NCBI RefSeq assembly: GCF_009914755.1
Contig: NC_060926.1
Strand: one strand, 5' to 3'
Source of the DNA: the human T2T-CHM13v2.0 reference genome, Homo sapiens
DNA: 64,000 nt
Every line of letters starts with the position of its first letter. The stretch's first letter is position 1. This document shows, in pieces, positions 1 through 11,224 of this stretch. The notes below the pieces were generated by a model that had not been told where the DNA came from, did no database searches, and saw nothing but the letters and a program-made list of their open reading frames with translations. Both the position numbers and the translations under genes were made by a program.

Positions 1-959
1 AAGAGCCAAAGATAGACTATTTTACAATCCAATAATGTGTTTGTAAAGCTTTGAATTAACTGAAATTTCTGGATTTTCTGTACTGAAAAGACCATCTCCC
101 CTTTTTTGCCCTGTGAATTCTTTCTCTGGTAAAGTGGGTGTGTTTGATGACAGTGTAATCAACAATATAGGAGGTAGGATATAGAATTTACATGGTAGTT
201 TTGAAAAATATTTATGTCACTTTATTCCTACCAGAAGTAACCCATGTCTTTTACACAAGAACATCAAATTTGATGTAGAAAACAGGTGGCAAAAACAAGA
301 TAGTTAGGAGGATTCCAGGAGAACTCCAGGCACCTAAAAACTCGGGAACATTATCTTCCAGGGACCACAGTTGTGCCAAAATTAATATTTTAAGTATTCA
401 TTTCCCCTCAAATATGCCAAATGTCTAATATGATTTGCATGTGTGTGATATTAGCTACTTAAACTGCAATCTCAAAGGTATTATGTCAAGGACTGAGAAG
501 AGGCTTTGTGGAGCATAATGGTGTCCAGTTTGTAAGACCTGCTATGGAGATGTCTTGCTTATGAATCTCCTATGCTGGAGGCCACTTTGGCCACATTCTA
601 TCAATCTAAATAAAAAGCTATGAAATGAGGACTGGCAGTATTCCGTAAAATATTCCAATCTTACCCAGCATTTATTTCAAAGTGGGTGCCTCTGAGCTCC
701 TTTAAGCTATTCTCTCAGAAAGAACATTAATGGTGCTTTTTTGTACGCAACATATAGTATCTCTATATTAACTATGAAAATGATTCTACTGAGTACATCC
801 ATGGGTATGGAAATGACAAACTGTGATTTGATGTAATCTGTAATGAATGAGTAATAGAGTCAAATAACTAAGGGAAGGAATCTATTTTAGAATTCTCACT
901 GTGATATACAACATGGTTGTTAGACAAATCATAGATAGAACGATCTCTTGGCTTAGAGT

Positions 960-1163
960 CCTTTCTATGTTTTATGGCTTGCTTGCGGGGAGAGGAGTTC
1001 TGGTTTCTACAACCTGCTGTGGGGGAGAAACGGGAAAAGGAGAAAGGAGAGTGGGAGAAAGTCAGGGAGAACTTTTTTTCTGAAGCCCTTCCAGCCTCCT
1101 TCAGTCCAAAGTACTCAGCAGGCAAGTGCTGTACTTTGGGGTATTGTGTTCTGAACCCCAATA
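960..1163 (-). mobile_element. ERV1 LTR 5' part, MER31/MER34/MER39-like
   Basis: Ends ...aaagtactcagca...tactttggggtattgtgttctgaaccccaata, the reverse complement of the TGTTGGGGCTCAGAAAACGATACCCCAAAGTATGG start shared by this LTR group; subfamily uncertain. Confidence 0.6.
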
Positions 1164-1360
1164 AAGTTTGTTGGGAAGTACCCTTAGAATAAATACCTGT
1201 AGGGAGGTTAAGACAGTACCATTGGGCAGAGAACAGTGGAGCTGCACAATAAAACTCCAGATGATTCTAAATTGAGTTCTGGAACTAGACAGACCTTTAA
1301 TACTTCCCCAACTTGAGGCAAGAGGGCTAGGCTCTTAATTAACCCCCTTGTCCATTAACA
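1164..1360 (-). mobile_element. LTR16-like ERVL LTR fragment
   Basis: Resembles recalled LTR16 consensus: ...acctgtagggagg...ttgggcagag...gagttctggaactag...cccaacttgaggcaagagggctaggc. Confidence 0.5.
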
Positions 1361-1382
1361 ATTCCTTCAATGCTGGTATCTC

Positions 1383-1499
1383 TGTATTAGTTCAGGCTGC
1401 TATAAAAATTACTGTAGGGCTGGGTAGCTTAAATGAGAACTACTCCTTTCTGTCAGCTCTGGAGGCTGGAAGTTTGAGGTCAGCATGTCAGCATGGTCA
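1383..1499 (-). mobile_element. MLT1 (MaLR) LTR 3' fragment
   Basis: tgtattagtt..ggctgctataa...ctgggtagcttaaa...cagctctggaggctggaagtttgaggtca is the typical reverse-complement MLT1 3' end. Confidence 0.6.
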
Positions 1500-2544
1500 C
1501 TCTATAATAACATGACTCTCAAGCGTTTGCATTTCAATATGTTCACTTCAGTGGGAGGGAAGCAAGGAGGTTACATCTACAGAAATGGGGCACACACAGT
1601 ATCAAAGCTTATTTTATCTGTGCTGTAGCCTGTAATAAACAACTTCTCATACTTGTGGTGATTGCAATTTATTCATGATATTTCAATTTTCCATAAAATA
1701 CTTGTGAATTTCAGGGGAGTATACTGTGCACATGAACATCAGCCTTCCCTCTTATCACAGAATCCAAAAGCATGAAGCATGCTAGTACTTTGCTGTTACC
1801 CAGTAGTTTTAACATTCTATTTCAAGGCTTTCATGAAAGCATAAAAGATGTTTTACTTTTTCTTCCTACCTTTGCCCCCTCTTGATGGAAATGATTTCCT
1901 CAAGCAAGAAAAAAAAGGTTATGACAGCACCATGAGGAAGACACTATTCCAGGAGCTCAGTAATCTGGTCCTTTTCCATTTTCCCAAAGCAACACAGACA
2001 GAGAAAGGATAAAACAAAGTTGTGCTGTTTATTCCAAAACAAATAGTTGAAGGCAAACTTCTTAAAGGAAATGTAGTCTAGAAGGAAAATGAATTTAGAG
2101 AAAAGGAGAGCTTTGCTTGAAATGTGTGAGTTTTCTTTTTGGCCGAGCTTCAGCTGCTTCCTGGGTCAGTTGGCTAATGGCACATACCCCGTCTCTCTCT
2201 AAGTGGGCAATGACAATTCCAGTTAGTTTTTCTTCAACTGACTGTTTAGACAGAAGAAGAGAAGGAATGATGTAATTATAAATGTTTAAAGGCCTTATAA
2301 GCTTCTTTGCTTTTCCAAGAAAATAAACAAAGTTGAGAGTTCTCAAGTGGGATCCTTGAAATCAAGATTTACTTCCTGGCTTGGGGCTAACTTGCTATGG
2401 TTTATTGACATTTTTTCAGCTCTCTGAGCCTCGGTTTCTTTATCTAGAAAAGTAGACGGCTGGACTTGATGAGTTTTAATTTGCCTTTCAGGTTCTGTGA
2501 CTCAAGAGAGGCTGTGTTGAGTACTGGGACCCTGAGCTCAGCCC

Positions 2545-2720
2545 TGCCTGGGCTCAAATCCAAAAGTACCACGTCCAGCTGTGTAACCTTGGGCAAGTCA
2601 TTTCCCCTCCATGTCCAGTGTCTTTAATATATGGTACTACTAGTACTCACCTTATGGATGTATTGTATTAAATATGTTAATATGTAAATAAGGTAATCAG
2701 TTCATAGCCTATAATAAGTA
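2545..2720 (+). mobile_element. MIR SINE
   Basis: gcctgggctcaaatcc...agctgtgtaaccttgggcaagtcattt MIR core. Confidence 0.6.
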
Positions 2721-2892
2721 TTTAATTTTTGTATTATTAACTTGTAATGTATAAAGAACATTGTAATACCTTAGATTTGTTTCAGCCTTGGATCAGATCA
2801 GGTGTTTCTTTCACTACAATGTAAAATGTCAATATATTTTATCCTTGGTCCTGTGTATTCAAATTGTGAAAAGAAAATTCACCAAAAGTGAA

Positions 2893-3185
2893 ATTTTTAT
2901 TTATTTGTTTATTTTTTTGAGACAGGGTCTCCCTTCATCACCCAGGTTGGAATGTAGTGGCATAATCAGAGTTCACTGCAGTCTCGAACTCCCTGCCTCA
3001 AGAAATCTTCCTGCCTCAGTACCAACCCCAACCCACACCCCAGGTAGCTGGGACTACAGGTGCACGTTACCATACCTAGCTAATTTTTTGTATTTTTAGT
3101 AGAGATGGAGTTTCGCCATTTTGCCCAGGCTGGTCTTAAACTCCTGGGTTCAAGCAATCTGCCCGCCTTGGCCTCTCAAAGTGCC
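2893..3185 (-). mobile_element. AluJ, 5'-truncated, with short internal C/A-rich insertion
   Basis: T-rich tail, gagacagggtctc, cactgcagtctcgaactcc, ctcctgggttcaagcaatctgcccgccttggcctctcaaagtgc; extra accaaccccaacccacaccc at about 3021-3040. Confidence 0.9.
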
Positions 3186-5706
3186 ACCTACACATTCTCT
3201 AAGGAGTCTGCATACAATTTCCAAAATAAGTTAACCTGTGGATTTCCCAATCTCCCTCCTGTGCCACATTCTAGTTCCTCTTTAAAGGTTAATGACTTAG
3301 GAAATTACTTTTCTTAACTTACTTTTTCTAAGAAATTGTCTATTTCTTTTTGAATCATTCCAAATATATTAATCAATTGGTATAGGCTACTAGATTACTT
3401 GTAAAATACTGATACACATTTTTAAAGTAATTATTTTGTTACCAAAAAAGATGGATAATAGTGAAAAATTACCAGAAATGTCTAACATTCCTGGATTATA
3501 GCCTTTAACTGTAACAGACCCAACATACATAGAAATCATATTACTGGAAGGATTGCACAACCTACAGTAGCCAATTGTTAGCAGGGCTGCCAGAAAGCAA
3601 TGTGTTCCATTCTGAAATTACATGCTTATGGTTCATGTTGTTTTATTTGTTCTAAAGGTTAAACTTGTTGCTGGCCTTAAAATGTCATGTGTAATTCTTT
3701 GAAAATCATATTTTAAAATGCTGAATTTAGGATTGTATTTCCATATAACTTACCAGTGGAAAAAGAAAGACATTCTTTATAGTCTGTTCTTTAGTGAGAA
3801 AGGATCATTTAGAAACAATAGCATCTACTTTTCTGAAACAAGGGAGTTATTTCCAACCTGGGGCTCATATGTTTGAGAATAAGCCAAAAATTTAATGGTT
3901 TTTCATAGAGCCAATAACCATTTGAAGTGCAGTCTAAAAACCAAAGGACAAGAGAATGGAGTAAAAGAGAACTTCTGCAATTGACTTTAACTGGAGAGAA
4001 AAAAAATAGGGTGCCCAAACTGTGGCCTTTTAAGAGTTATTTCAAACCTACCCAAACAAATGTTTTTGAGCTAACATGTAAAAACTTGTTGAATTCTGAA
4101 TTTATCCAAACAGCCCTCTGGGCTGAAACAAATGGGTAAACTCGTTTCAACTCGTCCTTCTTGTGAGCATTTCTGAAAACATACCTCCCAAACTAATGAT
4201 ATATCTTAGCAAGCAACATCCTTCCCTTTTCTGACACTATTAAGTTATTATAGGCTAAGTACGTACTCTCTGAATTAATAATATGCTATTTTCAAAGTCA
4301 ACAGTCTTGTTAATTTGCATAAGTTTCTGTTTTTCCTTGGAATAAACATATTCTGGACGTTTCCCAGCACTCTCTTGCAAACATATCTCCTTCTAATTAT
4401 CCTTACTATAGAATTGGTGGTTTAGCAGACTAGATGCAAGGAAAAGAAAGCTGCTATTATTCCAGGGGTGGGGTGGTGGGGGAACTATTGGAGCTTGCCT
4501 TCAGATATTTCTGCTTTTGTGAATACTAATATTCAGCTGAACCACAGCTCATTTGTTTTTCCTCCCCCTGGAAAATTGGGAATTACAATATTTTATATCA
4601 AGACTATATAAGCCACACCATTACAATATAGAATTATAGAATACTAATGCTTGAAAAAGCTTCTCATACTCTAGTTCATGTATCTGATTTTATAGGCAAG
4701 AAAACTGTATTATAAATGACTAAACATTTTATAGCTTAATAAAGAGCAAGATCAGAAATTTGGGTCTCTTGACTTTCTCTCCTATCGTCTTTCAATATGT
4801 CATTTGGCCACTAATGCCTTGATATTTATTATATAGTTTAATTATATGTAATATCTAATTATGTCCCTCTTTTTTCCAGGTAAAACAAATACCCTATGTT
4901 TTAATATGATTAATCTATTAGCTATGGTGATTCAGTTTTTCTAACAAACAGGATTACTACAGGGGTATTTTTTGACATATTTTACTCTTTTAACTTAAAT
5001 GTGACTCTACCAATTGGTACTATGATCTGGCAGTTCAAATATCAATGAAAGATTAACATCATTTTGGACAACTTTTAGTTTTGGAATTTGATCAAATGGA
5101 ATCCTGTTTGGGGAGATGAATACAGTAAAGCAGTCTGCAGTGACCTCTGAATTAATCAAAATGGAGGGGTCATGTAGATAATAAAACAGAGGTCCACATG
5201 TAGATCAGAAACAGAAAACATGCACCAAAAGAATAAGGCAAACAAAATGAAAGTGGTACTTTTCTCACTTTTTTTCTTCCTGGGAGCAAGATGCTGATCA
5301 GTCCCCAGAACTCTGTGTCCATCCTTGCCTCTTTTCCAAATGTCATGGCACCTATTTCCAATAAACATCATCTGGTCATTTACAGGCATATCCCCAACCC
5401 CAAATACAGAAATATTCCTCCAGGAACGACTCAAGAAACCGTCAGGAACTTTATAGATCAGCTCCTCCCCTGTGTTGAAGGCAAAAATAGCTATGGCCTC
5501 TTAATGAAACACTTGGATGGTGAAGTCAGGGGACCGGAGCTTGGATAGGGGAAGGAGGGAATCTGTCATACATCTCTTCTCTTATAACCAGTTCAAACTT
5601 GGAACCTCTTGTGGCCACATCTGTGCCTGATACTTTAACATGTGGAATTGAGGGGAGCCCTGTCTTCCTCTCCAGACATGCATCTGAGACCTGCTTTCCT
5701 CCATGG

Positions 5707-6519
5707 TAATACAGACGGGAGACAGGGAAATACCCGATGGAAGCGGGTGGTTCCCTGGCAAAGACCCCACCCTCAAGCGTGGATACCCACGGTCCTAAGT
5801 GAGAATAGGCATTCCTGTTTTTGCACCCCGAAAGTTGCCTTTTGGCCTGCCACATCCCCTATCCTGTACCCATATAAACCCTGAACACCAGGCTCCAGAA
5901 GGAGACAAAAGCAGATGTGCAGACAAGGAGACAAATGGCAGAATGGCACAGCAGAGAAAGAGACAAGAGGAGGAACGTCTGAACGCCAAGAGGAGTCAGG
6001 CTGGGGGCAGTCAGAGAGGAGTTCAGGCACTGGACAGCCAAAACTCCAGAAGAAGATCATCTTTCCACTCCATCCCACTTCCAGCTCCCCATTCGTCCTG
6101 CTGAGAGCCACCTCCACCACTCACTAAAACCCTGCATTCATCCTTCAAGTCCCTGTGTGACCTGATTCTTCTTGGACACGGGGTAAGAGCTTGGGATACA
6201 GAAAGCTGCCATACTGGCCCTCTGCCCTTGTGAAAAGGCAGAGAGTCCATTGAGCTGGTTAACACTTAAGCCATCTGCAACAGCAAGGCTAAAAGAGCAC
6301 ACTGTAACATGCGCCCACTTGGGCTTTGGGAGTTGCAGACACCCACCCCTAGATGCTGCTGTGGGGCCGGAGCCCAAAAGTGCTTGCCCTGGCTCCTGCA
6401 CCTGCCCACCTGCATGCTCCCCCTCCCATCAGGGCTTTGAGCAGTGGCAGCAACCGAATAGGCAAGCCACAACCCTGTTGCACATACTACAAGGACAACC
6501 AGGGAACTCTCCTATTTCA
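5707..6519 (+). mobile_element. LTR1-family (ERV1) solo LTR
   Basis: Starts t(a)atacagacgggagacagggaaata, ends cagggaactctcctatttca; exact 4-bp TSD ATGG at 5703-5706 and 6520-6523; TATA-like catataaa at about 5871. Confidence 0.85.
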
Positions 6520-6977
6520 ATGGCCCTTTCTCAACATCCTACCCATGAGTCCAATCCTCCTTGCTCTGAATTGCATGAGAGACTTTAACATTTATGATGG
6601 GTTCTGCCCTTTTGCACTCTTGTAGCATGACTCCTACCTGTTGTAATATTGAACCAGAGTGGCCATTTATTTGTTTGAAATTGAGTTCTACCTTCCAAAC
6701 TCCCCTTAATACCCCTGTATTCATGTCCACGTTTACACCAAACCCCTCCTCACTCTACTATCTTTCACACTCAGCACAATGTGGAGCCAGTGTGTAAACA
6801 CTTGGTGAGAGTCTGGGGGTGGAAAACTGGCTTTGCTTTAAACTTACCCAGATGTGGTTTAGACATTCACAGATTAAGACTGTTCCTTGTTTGAGATCAT
6901 TACCTCCCCTGGAAAAACTGGCTATTATCCAAAAGTCTACCTTTATTACCTGTCAAGAGCCATCCAATCTCTTTGGA

Positions 6978-7118
6978 CCAGTGGTCTTCAAAATAAAGTG
7001 CAAGCATCACAGTGGATGGCCAAGATGACCTATTGGGCCAGATGTAAAAAGAAATATAACAACTGACATTAACGTCTATTTTTATCTTACTTTTTATTGT
7101 CAACTTTTGCAAATACTG

Positions 7119-7157
<39 letters not shown>

Positions 7158-7258
7158 GCTACTATAGTACTTTTTATAATATATAAATAAATAGCGTATA
7201 TTAGGGGTGAAGGCAAAAATCATTTTTACTGATAGAGGTGCACGACCAAAACCTTTGT
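6978..7258. mobile_element. hAT-Charlie non-autonomous DNA transposon remnant containing (AT)n
   Basis: cagtggtcttcaaa TIR-like start; tttttactgatagaggtgcacgaccaaaa near the other end. Confidence 0.45.
7121..7155. repeat. (AT)17 microsatellite
   Basis: Read directly. Confidence 0.95.
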
Positions 7259-7713
7259 ATATTACAACCTTTTTCTGCTACGTGGAACAAGCACTGTCTG
7301 ACCCAAAGTAAATAATCTATAAATTATTTTTGAGCGATTAGTCAGGTAATGGTTAAACAAAGCAGATGAAACTACTGTTATATACTATGGTACACTCTTA
7401 AAGTCTACCTTAATACTACCTCATTTACCCCCAATTCAGTTTTTGGTATCATCCATTCATACGAGTGTCCAGGAAAGAGAAAATTTGTCATCAAAAGTGA
7501 GGGCTATGTCAGTAGACGGACATTTCATGGGATTGTAAAGTGTCATGGATAAAACTAATGAAAAAGTCCAATTTGATGAGCAATGGTATCAACTGTGAGC
7601 CTCAGAATGTGTTTTCCTTGATCCCATGGGCTTTGATTTTCTTATCTTAGAATTACTGAGAAATCCAATATTCCAGCACTCAGTCAAACTAGCTATACTT
7701 TGTTGGTTAAAAA

Positions 7714-7797
7714 ATATATATATATATATATTACATATATATATGTGTGTGTATGTGTGTGTGTATGCATGTGTATATATATATATATGTATGTATA
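7714..7797. repeat. Compound (TA)n/(TG)n microsatellite
   Basis: Read directly. Confidence 0.9.
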
Positions 7798-7817
7798 AGC
7801 AGAATAGCTTATTTCTG

Positions 7818-8006
7818 TTCTGGGGATCTAAGGTACAGTAGTAGCAAACGACACTGTATTGTCTACTTGAAATTTGCTAACAGAGTAGATCTTGAATATT
7901 CTCACCACAAACACACACACAAAAGTTAACTATGTGAGGTGATGGGTATGTTAACTAAGTTGATTGTGGTAATAATTTTACAATATATACATATATCAAA
8001 TAAAAA
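7818..8006 (+). mobile_element. Short L1MA9/L1MB-type 3' UTR insertion
   Basis: tacttgaaatttgctaacagagtagatctt...ttctcaccac...aactatgtgaggtgatgg; flanked by degenerate 17-bp TSD agaatagcttatttctg (7801) / agaatagcatatttttg (8007). Confidence 0.75.
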
Positions 8007-8584
8007 AGAATAGCATATTTTTGCCATGATATTTTGGAATATTCAGCTTGATTTAGAAACATTCAAACATATTCAGGGGTAAGCCATAAAAAATTCTGAG
8101 TCCAGAGTTTAAAAGAAGTTTAAAGTGACGAGTCATTGTCCAGTGTAGCTGTAGGTTAGAGTGTTTGAAATTGTCTTATATATTTCTATACCCAATGCAG
8201 GCTATACTCACGGGACTTACATATTTAAGTGACATGGTTATTAATAATTTATTCCAAGCCAAAGGTAATTAATGTAAAATAATTAGGAATTTGGCTGTGG
8301 CCTTTGTGTTTCAAACACAAGGTCTATGGGCCCAAGTGAGTGAATGCTGCATAACCAGCCAAATCTCTTTAAGTCAACATTGCTTTCTTTTCACCATTTT
8401 GATCAGAGTAATTAATTTTATTATGAGAAGCAATCATCCAATAAGAGATAAAATTTTAATGATAGGTATTAATAGAAAAATTTGGAGAAAAACAAGTTTC
8501 TGTGGGAATATTCTTGATATGAGGATTTGGGAACTCTTGTGGGTCTCTGGAAAATACCTCACTTTTTTCAACAGTGATATATCC

Positions 8585-8785
8585 ACATATGGAGTGCCTA
8601 CTATGTGTTAGGCTTTGTACTAGGAGCTTTAATTGATTTTTCTCATTAAATTCTGACAATAATTGAATGGGATTGGGAACTGAGATTTTGTGAGATTAAG
8701 GGCTTGCTCAATGTCACAAAGCTTGGAAGTGGTGAGACCAGATTGTGAAGGTTAGTTCATCTGACCCCAAAACCCCTGCCCTTCC
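8585..8785 (-). mobile_element. MIR SINE
   Basis: gagtgcctactatgtg..., gaactgag...gattaag..gcttgctcaatgtcaca...tctgaccccaaa. Confidence 0.6.
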
Positions 8786-9849
8786 TTGTCCTGCTAGGAT
8801 ATAGCATATGGCCTTTGTGCAGCCAGTCGGATGCCCTGCCAGGACTTCACATCTTCAAAGACAGACAAAAATGGATGGGATTAGAGATTACTCACAATGG
8901 TTTCAAATTAATTCATTTTCCAAGGGAAATAAAACTCCCAGTGGCATCCTCAAATAGACCAGTTTTGTGGCAGGTGTTTGCCTGTATCTGCCACTTTTGG
9001 GTCCAGGCAGTCCTGGCCCTATACCCTTCCCACTGACATCCTTCCAAAAAAATTCCTTAGCCAAAATTGGTTTCTGTTGCTTGCAACAAAAACCATGATT
9101 ATTATATACCAGAATGGACATCCGTGGCAAAAATGATGCTGGGGAGATATAAAAATAAAACTTTCACTGAGAAATATTTGGGGTAATGGGTGAAGACTGA
9201 ATCATGTGTCCCAAAGTACTATTTGAACAAAGGTCATCCAGGCCCTACATGGTGGAAAGGAAGTGGGCACTTTAGAGCCCTGCCAAACGTCCCACTGAAA
9301 CTAAGGAAATAGAGACTATCTAACATATGTATCCAAGAAGTCTATACCAATGATATTGATGTGGGAAGCACAGGCACCCCTTCCCTCGGTGGCCCAGTGA
9401 CTCATTTAGGCTCATCACTGGTAGCTCAGTCAATGCCTTACCAGACTCTTCCATATTGTATCTGTGTATGGGGATAGTCCCAAGCTCCCCTGTATGATTG
9501 AAATCTACACAGATCTAAAGAGATGGAGACTGATACAGGCCCAAGGTTAATCCTGCTACTTTCTCAGCACCATTCATGCCATGCTCCAGTGAAGACCGTC
9601 TTGGGAAATTACCATAGTCACATTGACTCTGTAGAAATCCATAACTCAGATCTCCAAAATAAGAACACACAACTGAATTCTATAATTAATTCACATTGTG
9701 GCAGTTTGTGAATGATAAGTTATAAACTCAATATAGAGTACAGTAGTCCTGCTGTTCCCAGAATGTTAATTTCCATGGCTCAATCCCTATAGCAACCTTT
9801 CCATTTGCCGAATGCTTGTATTCCTCACAACCAAGCCTTGCTTGGCAAT

Positions 9850-9995
9850 GTAAAACTTTGTAAGCCAGAATTTCATTTGACCCTCAGAATAACTCTGTAG
9901 GGTAAAAATGATTCTCATTTGAAGATCAGGAAACTGGGGCTCAGGGTGACTAAGTGTCTTCTTCAACAACACACAGCTAGTAAATGGCAGCTCAA
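9850..9995 (-). mobile_element. MIR SINE
   Basis: ctcatttgaagatcaggaaactggggctcag...cacacagctagtaaatggcag. Confidence 0.65.
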
Positions 9996-10628
9996 GGAAA
10001 GAAATTTACCATAAGAGCTTAGTGATATTGTTAGAGGATGTTTGTTTCTTTGTAATCTGTATATTATGAATATTGTCTTTTTAAAGCAAGTCTAGGGCAT
10101 TATTTTGGTAGGCAGGGCATTAGTATTTTCCACTGACTAAAATATCTCTCTGACTGAGGACTGAAAGGCACTGCTTTGTGTTAAGCATGTTTTCTTTCTC
10201 TGCCAACTTTCTTTTAAAATGCATATGCCTCTGGAAGGATAACACATTGCATCAATGATTTTTATGCTAATACTCTTTTCAATATCTGATTAGTCAGTAA
10301 CAATGACAACAACAAAGCAAAGGTTTTAAAAATGCTTAAAGGGTAAAAGGGAAAGGAAGAAATTAGAAGACAAGCATGTGCTGTTCGCAACTTCCTGGAT
10401 CACAAGGGGCTTCTTCACCCTCCATTTCCTTCCCTAAGAGTTCCCAGAGCCCAGGCTCAGTTTCATGCCCAGAAACAGCAACAGAGATGCTAGGGCCCAA
10501 CCGGTTTCAGAACTCACTGCCTCCCATAAAACTATGTCTCTTAATTCTGATGCAGATAATAACAAAGGCAGATGACCAAGCCAACAAACATTTTCCCCAT
10601 GCCGCCTTCCTTATATTAGTTGAATAAA

Positions 10629-11224
10629 TGTAAGCATATTAGGTTCGTTGCCTGATGCACACAGCAAGTCACAAAGCCGAGACACCAGGTTGCAGCAGAG
10701 AAAAATGTTTAATCGTAGGGTCACTGAAAGAGGAGATAAGAGAAAACCTCAAATCCATGTCCCTGAGGAGTTTAGGGGTAGGGTTTTTAAGGGTTTTGGA
10801 GTGGGCTAAAGTGTGGAGACCCTTGATTGGTCACAGAGCGCAAGGTGAAGTCATTTTCCTGAAGACAGGAAAATGAAGAAGCTGTATTTTCATGCTGATC
10901 CTGTTCCTCTGTGAGGGTCTTCAAACTGGTTGTTGGAATTCAGGATCTGAAAAACATCTCATGCAACTCTTAAACAAACTGTCACAGATCCTGTCTATAG
11001 GAACCATGGGAATGCAAATCAATTCTTAAACAGCCTTAAAATCCTAATGTCAGAAATCCTATCAATAGAAATAATGGAGATGCAAATGGTCAGTATCTAG
11101 TGCTGCCTGACTTTTAGCAACAAGGAAGTGGGCCAAAGTGCAGCCTAATTAATCTTTAATTATAACTATATTTCTGATCAGTATCTGGCATGCAATTCTT
11201 GTCAACCCTGTAAGGATGGTTTCC
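10629..11224 (-). mobile_element. LTR26-type ERV1 solo LTR
   Basis: Minus strand starts (g)gaaaccatccttacagggttgacaagaattgcatgccag and ends gcttaca; exact 4-bp TSD TAAA at 10625-10628 and 11225-11228; internal duplicated block with ATGCAAAT. Confidence 0.75.

Noticed and set aside
4465-4482. G-quadruplex
   Set aside because: Only three tracts of three or more G plus one GG; weak
4863-4886. polyY-CAG|GTAAAA as a recursive splice site
   Set aside because: The donor half is weak compared with the 48119 site
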